This document shows, piece by piece, positions 13,580 to 26,553 of a DNA stretch of 26,553 nt. Below the pieces are notes generated by a model. The model had not been told where the DNA came from. It did not search any database and saw only the letters and a list, made by a program, of their open reading frames with translations. Every line of letters starts with the position of its first letter. The stretch's first letter is position 1. The stretch lies in contig CAXHJY010000085.1 in NCBI GenBank assembly GCA_964016885.1, positions 1-26,553 on the forward strand. The letters run 5' to 3'. The position numbers and the translations under genes were made by a program. This stretch comes from Eledone cirrhosa. Lineage: Eukaryota.

Positions 13580-13760
13580 TAACTGTTTCTACTTTAGGCA
13601 CAAGGCCATAAATTACCCTGTGCAATACTGGTACTTTATTTTATCGACCCCCGTAAGGATGAAAGGCAAAGTCAACCTCGGAGGGATTTGAACTCAGATC
13701 GTAAAGGGACGTAACTATGCTGGAAAGCACGGTGTCTGACCCTCTACCGATACTGCCAAT
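13580..13760 (-). mobile_element. tRNA-derived SINE (cephalopod-type, MetaSINE-like central domain)
   Basis: Minus-strand B-box GAGTTCAAATCC (13684-13695), followed by GTTGACTTTGCCTTTCATCCTTACGGGGGTCGATAAAATAAAGTACCAG. A second closely similar copy lies at 22943-23122. The family name is recalled, not searched. Confidence 0.8.
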
Positions 13761-15339
13761 CCACTGATAAATATAAATAACACAAGAATATATCACACTG
13801 AAATATTAAAGTAGTATGTCACTCTTACAGAACAATAAAATATATCAAACATGAAATCAAAATTACAAAGTGTGTATAAAAAAAATGAACTTTATTCATC
13901 ATAGAAGAAAATTAAAAACAATTGTTTGTATCTATATTTACAATAATCTATTCATTATTCTCTTTTCTTGCTTTAAGGTGGTATGCTGTTATTTAAGGTT
14001 ACTTGTATGCTAAATTTAGGAGCTTATAAGTCTACTCCTGTTCTCTTGTTGGTTTCCACAATTTGATTATTATTAGATAGTAATAAGTTGGACATAAGGT
14101 TAACTGATTTCAGAATGATTAAAGCTGGAATGCTTTTAATGCTATGTTTCTACACAGAAAGCTGATCCAAGACTAAAGAACAATACAAATAGCAGCAACT
14201 ATAGTTGCTCTACAAGTTCGAGTCATACTCACCCCAAACTCTCAGCTAGACGGCGTCTCTTCTATCCATTCTAAAGTCTATATTGACATTTTCCTCTGAA
14301 ATAGGGATTGCCCTCTCCAATGCACATCTATTTCACACGAATAGCAGCAATAAATTCGTCCAGATTCACTGCATCAATATTGTCATCTCCGAAAATTTCA
14401 TATCCCAATCCCGATAAAAGTGTTTTTCTAAGTTTTACATAGACATTATGGAGACATTATGCATATACATATTTACACAGTTAATTATGAATTTTCCTAT
14501 CGTATAAAATATGCTGTAGTGTACCGCGAACCAAAGAAAAACAAACTTTTTGACTATACCTTTTTCTCATGCCTCGGTCCATCTTCCAGCATAAATTACG
14601 GCCTCCGAGAAAAAAAAATGATATCTGAGTGTGTTTGTGTGCGTGTATATATGTGTGTATGTGTGTTTGTGAGTGTTTTGTATGTATGTGTGTCTTGTAG
14701 TATTTCCTCATTTTTTAAAGAAACATTTATGGATGTCAGTTAAATTGTATAGACAACAAAAGTGACAAATAGTATGCTTTCTTAAGAAATGTTAGATTTA
14801 CATGACCAGAAGAATTTGAAAATAACAACTGCACCATGAATGACATATTTCTGTTAGAGTAAAAGGATTAAATGCTACACGTGATCTAGTTGCTGCTGCT
14901 GCTGCTGCAGCTCTACAGCTGTTGCTTATAAAGATGTCCATAAAAACAATGCTTATAGTCACGAGGATAATGATCGTAAAACTGATTGTCATGTTGATGG
15001 AAATGGTATAATTAAAGATGATAAGTATACATACAATGAATAGTGGTATATGAATGACATTGGACATTGGATGTATGTAAGGGTTAATGATTGTTATTCT
15101 TCAAATCAATATCGAGGCAATTGGTTCAGAAATTACACGGCCATTGACTCTCTTCCCTTCAAAACAAATATGATAGTGAAAAAGAGATATAATTAATCCC
15201 ATACGACTTAATTATATAGTTTAGAAGAAAAATAATTATTCAACCAATTGGGAAATTCAGTACACATACATTCACAGAATACACACTGACCCACATATAC
15301 AGTCAAAATGAAAACTTACATGCAAATGCATTCGCTCAT

Positions 15340-15521
15340 GCACATATATACGTACGCACACATACCCCCCCCCCCCCCCCCATACACACATACACACACA
15401 CATACCTACACACACACGCATGCTCACACACACACACACACACACACACATACATACACATACAGACACACATGCACACACACATACACGCACACACATA
15501 CACACACATATATATATATAT
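15340..15521. repeat. Poly-C plus (CA)n/(TA)n microsatellite
   Basis: Seen directly. Confidence 0.9.
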
Positions 15522-15605
15522 TTGGATATATTTATGTGTGTGCATGAGTGTTTATTTCTGATTACATAGATACATTTATAAAAGTTTACAACATACAGTG
15601 GCGAT

Positions 15606-16978
15606 ATCATCATCATCATCATCATCGTTTAACGGCCATCTTCCACGCTAGTATGGGTTAGACGGGTTTGTCCCACTTGAGGCAAGTTGTGTCGGGTGAC
15701 CAAGTATAGGACAGTTCCTGGCTGGTTTTCTACGGCAGATTACCCTTCCTAGCGCCAACCACATTTACAGTGTGTGCTGGATGCTTTTTACCGTGGTTGC
15801 TACTTTACAGTGTGGACTGGTGGATGCTTTTTGTCGTGACACCTACACAACCACGTTAATGGGGGCTGGATGTTCTGTGGTACCAACATAACTTTACAGA
15901 GAAAGGGTAGTGTGAGCGAAGGTGGCAGGATGGCGTAGGGGTGGGGGTGGTGAGTGGGGGTGTATATTGGGTTAAGAGGTGCCTACTGACAGTAGCTTTA
16001 AGTTCGTACGTAAGGGAAGGCGGGTCTTCTGTATTACTGTATAGCGCCAAAGATCTCGATCCTCTGGCATTGTCTTAGAAAGATGCAAGTATGCAAGGTC
16101 AACTTTTATCACCTCGTCCCAGGTTTTTTCTAGGTCTACCTACTCCGTAACTTCCACCAATTTTGATTGCCCTGCACTTTTTTATACAGCTGTCGTCCTT
16201 CATACGCATCACATGACCATACCAACGTAGTCTCCTCTTAATTAAACTGCATCTGATCTCTCTTATGCCTAATTTATCACTTAGTTCTTTTGTGTTTAGC
16301 CGTTCGTGTATATTACTATTGCACATACATCGGAGCATGCATGCTTCGTTCCTTTCCAATCTGCACAGATCCTCTGCACACAATGCCCGGGTCTCACTAC
16401 CATGTAACATTGCTGTTCGTATACACGCATCATACAATCTGCCTTTCATTTTTAGAGAGAAACCTTTTGTGGCCAGCAGCGGTATTAGCTTTGAACGGTT
16501 TCCATCCCGTTCTATCTCTGGCTATTGTACTTTCAGCACACCCTCCTTCACTGCTGATTTTGTCACCCAGGTAACGGAAAGTGTCTACTATTTCTATAGG
16601 ACCATTTGGGCAATTGAAGGAACTAGTACCCAGAACTAGTACCCAGTGGACACTTGCTACTTACTGCACCTGGGCATATATAAAACTGGCCACATATAAA
16701 ACCAACATTCTTAGATAGCTTGCCTGTGATCCCTCCACATCTTTTATGTACCCATAGTTTGCATTTCGGATATAGATTGGAATTTCTACTTACTACTTCC
16801 TGCAAACTGAGCAAGGCCATTTCCCAGAGGGCACCTGTGCTCTATCTTCCTTTCTACATACTAGAACTTTAGTCTTAGACATGTTAACTTTAAGACCTTT
16901 TGATTCTAGGCCATGCTTCCATGTTTGGAACTTCTTCTCTAGTTCAGCCATAGATTCAGCTATGAGATTTAGATCATA
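15606..16978 (-). mobile_element. 5'-truncated, decayed RTE-type non-LTR retrotransposon (C-terminal half of the RT, 3' UTR, (GAT)n tail)
   Basis: Minus-strand translation gives DLNLIAES...WKHGLESKGLKVNMSKTKVLV (~16860-16976), EIVDTFRYLGD (~16562-16594) and LYDACIRTAMLHGSET...RRLRWYGHVMRM...GRPRK (ORF 16099-16449), all typical of RTE-clade ORF2. It carries frameshifts and stops. (CAT)n at 15606-15626 is the 3' microsatellite tail. Confidence 0.88.
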
Positions 16979-17384
16979 ACATACCTTAATTTAAAAGAAA
17001 CTAATATTTCTGTTGCAAAACCTTATTAAACAAAGTTCGGCAGTTAGAGTAATGTAATAAAAATCAAGCCCGTACTAGCTTATCGAGTGCATTATCACAA
17101 CATGAATATTTCATCGTCCGGAGGTAAGCATAGTACACATGGCTCTGTTCAGTGGCTCCGAACTAGGGAGACGGATGAATTCCTCACAGCGGGACATGGT
17201 TGGAATACTTGCAACAATATGTACTATGCGAAACATCCAGAAAGCAGAGTGGTGGTCTAAAACGGATTGTCATATCATGGTTATCAACTAAGAATGTCAC
17301 AGTTTGATTTGCACAACGTCAGATATTCCGCCCCGACGATTTACCAATTTCAGCAATCTAAGTCCCTGTAATACTGTAATAATA

Positions 17385-17450
17385 TTTCATTTATAGATCA
17401 TATTTAGATGAAGAGTAAATTGGACCTCAGTTAAATTTGAATTGAAAGCA
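17385..17450 (-). mobile_element. Highly degenerate fragment of the same SINE family
   Basis: TTTATAGATCATATTTAGATGAAGAGTAAATTGGACCTCAGTTAAATTTGAA aligns by eye with TTTATCGACCCCCGTAAGGATGAAAGGCAAAGTCAACCTCGGAGGGATTTGAA at 13640-13692. Confidence 0.4.
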
Positions 17451-18201
17451 CAGAGAACCGGTTTAATTGCGAAATCTTTTATCCGGTGCACATATATTTA
17501 CCCACTATTTCAACAACATTGCAAGTAGTTAAACGGATTAAGTGAATATTCTGTTACCGGCTGTTTCAGAAAATATTCGATAGAGGCTGGTGTCGGAGAA
17601 TTTCCCAAACAAATGTACCTTAGAGAAATATATTATATTGATTAGTTGGATCCGAGACACATGAATAATTTCTGTAGAAGTTGAAAATCAAAGAACGGAG
17701 ATTGAATAAGAACATACAAACGTGATTAAAAATGAAAGGTACAGGTTCCAAATACGTATGTATATTCAGTAGAAGTGAGTTATTCTTTCTATTTGGTTCG
17801 CAGATATTTGTGAATCAATAACACGCAGGCAACGACTTAAGATGTGGTTTCATCATCACTGAAATTGTAATGGCACTGACACTGAAAAAGTTGCCTATAC
17901 TCAACCAACGTGTTGAGAACCTTATTAAATTTATTCACCTTCCTCACAGACAATGATATGGTTCTCTATAATCTGAGATTCCACCAGCCATACATTAAAC
18001 CTAATGACCTCTTCCCGGGTCATCCATTTGATAAGACGCTCACATATATGCACCTACAGATATATTATCTACATGTATCCATACCTCAAACTTAATCTAT
18101 CACATTCTGTATTTATTTTTTATACATGTTTTTATCTTACAAATACATGCATATAGCTAGACAGACCACACTCACCCATATATACCAACATAAATAAACA
18201 T

Positions 18202-18474
<273 letters not shown>

Positions 18475-19961
18475 AATGAAAATATAGAAATTAATGTGAG
18501 CAAGAAGCCAACAGTATTTCATAATATATAAGTGACTATAACGTCAAAATGGAAAATAATTAACGCAAGATATGGGAAAATAATTCAAACTCAATTTAAA
18601 AAAATCAAGACAGAGATTTTATCCACAGATTTTGTGAAATCCAGGGAAAAACCAATAAGGTCTTAACTCAGAATAAAATAACGCTTAAATACTCATCCTT
18701 CAATTTGGAAAAACTACAAATGCTCTATATAGTCTTAAAAAGACTATTTCACGAAACTGTTCAGTGGGAATGGTCACGGTTGGAGTCGTTCCTCAGTAGA
18801 GCTCAAACACGATAACCCTAAGGATCACTGCCAAAATATGCCAAAAAGGGAATTTAAAAGCAGGCTAGTTTTACCTCTTGCGGAATTATAAAAATAAACA
18901 CACATGAAGAGACATGGCTGGTGACGTCAGAATGAGACGAATGTCTATTTACAAGAAACAGCAGTCAAAAACATTCCGAAAAAACTCTACAAAATGTAAG
19001 GGGTTCAGCAAAATAGCAAATTTATCGCGTTCTTTTTAAAAAAAGACTATATATATATATATATATATTATTATAAATGTAAGCTATCGCCGTATTTTGA
19101 CTAAAGAAATTAAAGAAATTATTTAGCCTGATAGTGGGGTTAAGAACCCTCGGAGAAATGGAAGAATATGAGTATTGACGTACATTGACGTACACATATA
19201 TATATATATATATATATATGATATGTGAATGGATGCGTGAATTGTGTTCTCATACTTGTATGGGTTTTAGCAACTATTTTCAAAGGTTGCATAATAACAG
19301 GCTATAGAATTTTCAGAGAATACTCGATCACTTTACTAACTATTTTCGTCAGAGAGCAATGCACCATTTTATCCGAAGCATATAACTTTATACTGTACGT
19401 CACACTATATGATTTAGCCATGCCATAAGGATTCCAATTTACATAACATCAAATTGCTTTAAACACATTCTTGATTCGATATTAAAATTTAGAACCTGGC
19501 TTATGAATAATTTATTTCACGTCTTCGTGGCAATGATTAATTTGATTTTAACCACATATCTTTTATTTCAAAACTGTTTTCACTCTTCTTGATTATTTTA
19601 GAAAATTGCTGATGAGTTATGATTTCACTACAGTCTGTCTCCATTTTATATTCTTTTATTTTCTTTCTCACATTTAATTTGGAAATGTTTCTATCTGAGA
19701 CACTTATTCCAGAATATAGTCATTCATTCATAAACTAATACGATTTTTAACGATTACTTTCAATAGTCTTGATATAATGTGTTATCTAATTACGCAGCCC
19801 GGGTAGATTCTATGAACAGATTTTAAAATACATTTAAAAAGAGGTACTTGCAATATGGAGATTGATTTTCGATATACACCAGTAACTGTGGCTAGTTATC
19901 ATATATACGAATGTACAGACGGCTGTATATGCAGTTATCGAAAGAAATGTGCATAAACAAA

Positions 19962-20014
19962 ATATATGTATATATATACATACACACTCACACACACACG
20001 CACATACACACACG

Positions 20015-20077
<63 letters not shown>

Positions 20078-20150
20078 ATATATACATCTATATACATATA
20101 TATACAGAAATATATACACACACATGTATATATATATACATACATTATAT
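19962..20150. repeat. Compound (CA)n/(TA)n microsatellite
   Basis: Seen directly. Confidence 0.95.
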
Positions 20151-20179
20151 ATCACCCCCTCACCTACCACCAGAGAGGG

Positions 20180-20190
20180 TATAAATACCA
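20180..20190 (+). promoter_or_regulatory. Candidate TATA box (TATAAATACCA) 30 nt upstream of the family C HHR
   Basis: The same 11-mer sits at the same 30-nt spacing in front of the homologous HHR at 25146/25176, while the intervening sequence is not conserved. Confidence 0.55.
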
Positions 20191-20209
20191 CTACATTACG
20201 TGGACAGTC

Positions 20210-20260
20210 GGCTTCCTGATGATTTCTCCCGAACGAAACGGTTCTAGTCCTGTAGAAGCC
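20210..20260 (+). ncRNA. Type I hammerhead ribozyme, family C (PLE terminal-repeat-like)
   Basis: GGCTTC CTGATGA T-TTC(TCCC)GAA-C GAA ACGG(TTCTAGTC)CTGT A^ GAAGCC: 6-bp stem I, GUA cleavage site at 20252-20254, non-canonical U-C pair at the base of stem II. Confidence 0.78.
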
Positions 20261-20291
<31 letters not shown>

Positions 20292-20379
20292 CTCACCCAA
20301 TGACATAATATATATATATATAGTAAGGAAGCGGCCAAAGCTGAACTATTTCTCTTCGACTAGCTTCGTATAATAATTT

Positions 20380-20422
20380 ATATATGTATGCAAACACACA
20401 CACACAGACACACGTACATATA

Positions 20423-20486
<64 letters not shown>
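20380..20486. repeat. (CA)n/(TA)n microsatellite
   Basis: Seen directly. Confidence 0.93.
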
Positions 20487-20490
<4 letters not shown>

Positions 20491-20708
20491 TGTATACCTG
20501 GATTTACTCGTGGATATCGATAAATCAATCTAGACATTACAAGTACCACTTTTTAAAATTATGTTAAATCTGTTCTGAGATTCTAAGTTGCATAATTAAG
20601 TAACAAAATATGTCAAGAGTATTGGATGTAATCGTTAAATTTGATGACTTCAATTACGGTCTCTCTCTGTCTCTATCTATGTCTCACCTCTCTCCCTTTC
20701 TCCCCCCC

Positions 20709-20711
<3 letters not shown>

Positions 20712-20750
<39 letters not shown>

Positions 20751-20802
20751 GAATATATATATATGTATGTATATATATATATATATATATACATACACAC
20801 AC
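20712..20802. repeat. (TA)n microsatellite
   Basis: Seen directly. Confidence 0.93.
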
Positions 20803-21649
20803 TCGTGTGTATGTGTGATGGCTGCAACCCGATTTCGAGTAATGCAATCTCTTGATACTTAAGTATGAGCATCACGGTCGCGGCTTTTTGGCCCTGTTAG
20901 GGATTTGTCTATGGTCAGCAATCAATGGCATGCATCGTGAAAAATGTCACATATCAAACCATGCCTCAGGCTTTGCACGGGGCCAATCACACTCCTTGAA
21001 CATCAAATGAATTTACCCTAGTAGTAGATCTACATCATTGGATCTACATCATTGGATGCAAACTAGGCACAGGTTTTATATCAATATGACCTACTCCTAA
21101 AGAAATGCCTTAATGAAGATTAAGCATCTCTCGCTCCACAAAAAAGAAAACAATTCTTTATTGGATGGCCGATAACTCTGGCCATTGACAGCATTTTCTT
21201 TTCATCCTCCAGGAAAGAAAGTCTGTGAAACAATAGTTAGGTGCACGTATGATTTGCATCTTCATTGTGAAACTCGTGGTGCACCTTCACGGAATTCAAG
21301 AAAACTATCGAATATTATGTATTCGAGATGGTCCTGATTAGTTTCCTACCTGTTTGTGTTTATGGTTGTGGTGGTTATTATGTCTGGCTAGATACATCTA
21401 GTGGCGTTATTTGTGTTTAATCTTGGCGAAAATGTATTACCTTTTAGCAGCATCGAATGCTCCGTGATCACCTCAAACAATCCGATTGGCATTTGCCCTA
21501 CTTCGATTTATACCAAATACACACACTCACACAATCGTTTATATATACAGTAGATATATATATATATATATAAAATTAGAATATATTTCTCGCCCCAGCA
21601 CAGCTGATACATACTTACATATATATATATACATATATGTAAGTATGTA

Positions 21650-21705
<56 letters not shown>

Positions 21706-21914
21706 AGTATGTATACATACATACATATATGTATACAGACATACAGTAGTATGTATATATATATACATACATGCACACATATATATATATATGTACGTAT
21801 GGATTCACCGAACATTTATTATAATGCTCGGTGTGTTTGTAAACAAACATCCCGAATTAAGCCGTACAGTGTCTAGCAACCATCGTTGCTCATTTGTTCA
21901 ACCCTTACAAAGGA

Positions 21915-21957
21915 ACTCTGTACTAGTTTCAAGCTTATTAGCTATCGTCAGCAACGT
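21915..21957 (-). ncRNA. Type I hammerhead ribozyme, family B, minus-strand copy
   Basis: Minus strand reads ACGTTG CTGACGA T-AGCT(AATA)AGCT-T GAAA CTAG TA^CAGAGT. The core is intact, stem I has one mismatch, and there is a U-U pair at the base of stem II. Confidence 0.72.
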
Positions 21958-22293
21958 ATACCTTCCTGCCAGATGTTTACAAACACACCGAGCATAATAA
22001 TAAATGTTCGGTGAATCCATACGTACATATATATATATGTGTGCATGTATGTATATATATATACATACTACTGTACGTCTGTATACATATATGTATGTAC
22101 GTATACATACTTATATTTAAGTAACAGCCGTACTAAGAGTGAGAAATGAAATTTCGTTTCATTTTTTCCATTTATCGTTGTCGGTGCACCCGGCCGATTA
22201 ACTCACTCGATATGCAGATTAAGCTGCTCAGCCGTTAATGTGCATAAGGAAAGTATATACTTTCAGACGTCCAATCATCTGGCAGGAGGGTAT

Positions 22294-22336
22294 ACAGTGC
22301 TGACGATAGCTAATGAGCTTGAAACTAGTACATCGT
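22294..22336 (+). ncRNA. Type I hammerhead ribozyme, family B, plus-strand copy
   Basis: ACAGTG CTGACGA (22300-22306) T-AGCT(AATG)AGCT-T GAAA (22321-22324) CTAG TA^CATCGT. Confidence 0.72.
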
Positions 22337-22675
22337 TCCTTTGTCATTGTTGAATAAAAGGGCAACGATGGTTGCTAGACACTACGGCTCAATACGGGAT
22401 GTTTGTTTACAAACAAACCGAGCATTATAATAAATGTTCGGGAAATCCATACGTACATATATATGTGTGCATGTATGTATATATATACATACGACTGTAC
22501 GTCTGTATACATATATGTATGTACGTATACACGTATATATATAAATATATACATATATATATACATGAATAAACATGAATAAACATTGTTGTTTCTAGTT
22601 GGGACTAAGCTAGAGTGCACTTGAGTTCATATCAAAATGAGAAAACTCATCGCTAGAACAGCCGTTAAAACAGCC

Positions 22676-22772
22676 ATATATATATATGTGGGTGTGTGTG
22701 TGTGTGTGTGTATATATCATATATATAATCTTGACTTGAATGCACCTCTCTCTCTCTCTCTCTCTCTCCCCA

Positions 22773-22833
<61 letters not shown>

Positions 22834-22864
22834 ATATATATATATATGTATATATATACATATA
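22676..22864. repeat. Compound (TA)n/(GT)n and (CT)n microsatellites
   Basis: Seen directly; (CT)n at about 22746-22829. Confidence 0.95.
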
Positions 22865-22942
22865 TTTTCATGTGTATGTCGATGTGTCTAGGACATAATT
22901 GAAAGTGAAGAAATTTGACAATTCATACGATGATGATGTTAT

Positions 22943-23122
22943 TAACTGTTTCTACTTTTGGCACAAGGCCAGCAATTACCCAGTGTATTACTGGTACTTT
23001 ATTTTATCGACCCCGTAAGGATGAAAGGCAAAGTTAACCTCTGCGGGTTTTGAACTCAGTCCGTAAAGGGACGTAATTGTGCTGCAAAGCATGGCGTCCG
23101 ACCCTCTCCCGATACTGCAAAT
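22943..23122 (-). mobile_element. tRNA-derived SINE, second copy
   Basis: Collinear with 13580-13760. B-box-like GAGTTCAAAACCC on the minus strand at 23045-23057. Confidence 0.8.
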
Positions 23123-23455
23123 GTTAATAACGAGAGCGAGACACGGTCCATAATTCTGGCTACATGAACAGCTTTTGGATGTAAAATATTGAGAGCACTC
23201 AGCCAGAATTCAGAGATAGCGAGATTGATTTTCCGTAATAGTGGTATTTTACCCCAATTTCTAACCTCTTATTTTTTTATCAATTGGCTGTCGTTGTAGT
23301 CATTTTCAGCATCTTCTGTTACATTTCATATTCGACTTCCTTTAATATATGTTCTGTATATGTCTGAAGTGGGAAAGAAAATTTATAAAACGGGGCAGGA
23401 AATCGACTGAAATCAAATAATGCAAATATTATGAATAAATGAAAAATAAGAGTAG

Positions 23456-25028
<1,573 letters not shown>

Positions 25029-25044
25029 AGTTTTAATATAGATG

Positions 25045-25095
25045 AGATTCTACAGGACTAGAACTGTTTCATTCATTAGAAATCATCAGGAATCT
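25045..25095 (-). ncRNA. Type I hammerhead ribozyme, family C, minus-strand copy (intact core)
   Basis: Minus strand reads AGATTC CTGATGA T-TTC(TAAT)GAA-T GAA ACAG(TTCTAGTC)CTGT A^ GAATCT. Confidence 0.8.
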
Positions 25096-25145
25096 GGGTA
25101 TCAAAAAATAAATACGGTATTTATAGGTCTCTACAAGTAGAGACC

Positions 25146-25156
25146 TATAAATACCA
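25146..25156 (+). promoter_or_regulatory. Candidate TATA box (TATAAATACCA), mirrored on the minus strand at about 25115-25125
   Basis: Same motif and 30-nt spacing to HHR stem I as at 20180. Confidence 0.55.
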
Positions 25157-25175
25157 TATTTATTTTTTGATACCC

Positions 25176-25226
25176 AGATTCTTGATGATTTCTAATGAAT
25201 GAAACAGTTCTAGTCCTGTAGAATCT
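25176..25226 (+). ncRNA. Type I hammerhead ribozyme, family C, plus-strand copy with C3-to-U core change (probably impaired)
   Basis: AGATTC TTGATGA TTTC(TAAT)GAAT GAA ACAG(TTCTAGTC)CTGT A GAATCT. T at 25182 replaces the conserved C3. Confidence 0.7.
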
Positions 25227-25312
25227 CATCTATATTAAAACTGTTATACTCTGCTATGTATTGAGTACCTTACTTACTGTGGTTACCTCCGATTCAACCC
25301 GGAATAACGTAC

Positions 25313-26553
<1,241 letters not shown>

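Larger units (their letters stand above)
21702..22535. mobile_element. Diverged retrozyme-like element (family B, ~430-bp unit): partial minus-strand copy 21702-21975 joined head-to-head to ~1.3 plus-strand units 21974-22535
   Basis: TGTTTACAAAC...CCGAGCAT recurs at 21974 and 22404 (period 430). 21702-21845 is the reverse complement of 21974-22115. 22141-22345 is visibly homologous to family A at 7226-7445. Confidence 0.8.
25029..25242. repeat. 214-bp near-perfect palindrome (106-bp arms, 2-nt AA centre, 2 mismatches) holding two divergent TATA-plus-HHR cassettes
   Basis: Centre CTAC-AA-GTAG at 25131-25140. Mismatched pairs are 25089/25182 and 25115/25156. Confidence 0.95.

Noticed and set aside
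19609-19640. CTGATGAG resembling an HHR core
   Set aside because: No stem II, GAAA or closing stem I follows.
20350-20372. Minus-strand CGAAGCTAGTC resembling GAAACTAGTC
   Set aside because: There is no upstream CUGANGA or stem II. At best it is an unrecognisable remnant.
21027-21057. 14-bp direct duplication GATCTACATCATTG, with similar short duplications near 16621 and 19174
   Set aside because: Ordinary local slippage duplications with no further structure.
22585-22676. Short structured island (TCTAG...CTAGA, GAGTT...AACTC) considered as a twister or other ribozyme
   Set aside because: I could not fit the conserved core and pseudoknots by eye. An Infernal search would be needed.

Overview
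AT-rich eukaryotic intergenic DNA with no intact protein-coding gene. The SINE, RTE-LINE and microsatellite content suggests a cephalopod (octopus-like) genome, but that is inference. Every long ORF in the track is a translation of simple repeats. The main signal is a cluster of type I hammerhead ribozymes (HHR) read directly from the sequence: 23 motifs in three sequence families at four loci. (A) Bases 1-8594 are a near-perfect 466-bp tandem repeat. Each unit carries AATATTG-CTGATGA-GATGT(AACA)ACATC-GAAA-CTAG-TC-CAATATT, with 15 copies on the minus strand, then an inversion at about 7174-7208, then 3 copies on the plus strand. This is the architecture of a non-LTR retrozyme. (B) A diverged ~430-bp relative at about 21700-22535 has two HHRs and the same inverted layout. 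(C) A separate TATA-plus-HHR cassette occurs at 20180-20260 and as a 214-bp palindrome at 25029-25242. All four loci abut (TA)n tracts. The three multi-copy loci place their HHR copies head-to-head, which recalls Penelope-like element (PLE) insertions. The rest of the window is large (TA)n, (CA)n and (CT)n microsatellites, two tRNA-derived SINEs and a decayed RTE-type LINE 3' fragment.
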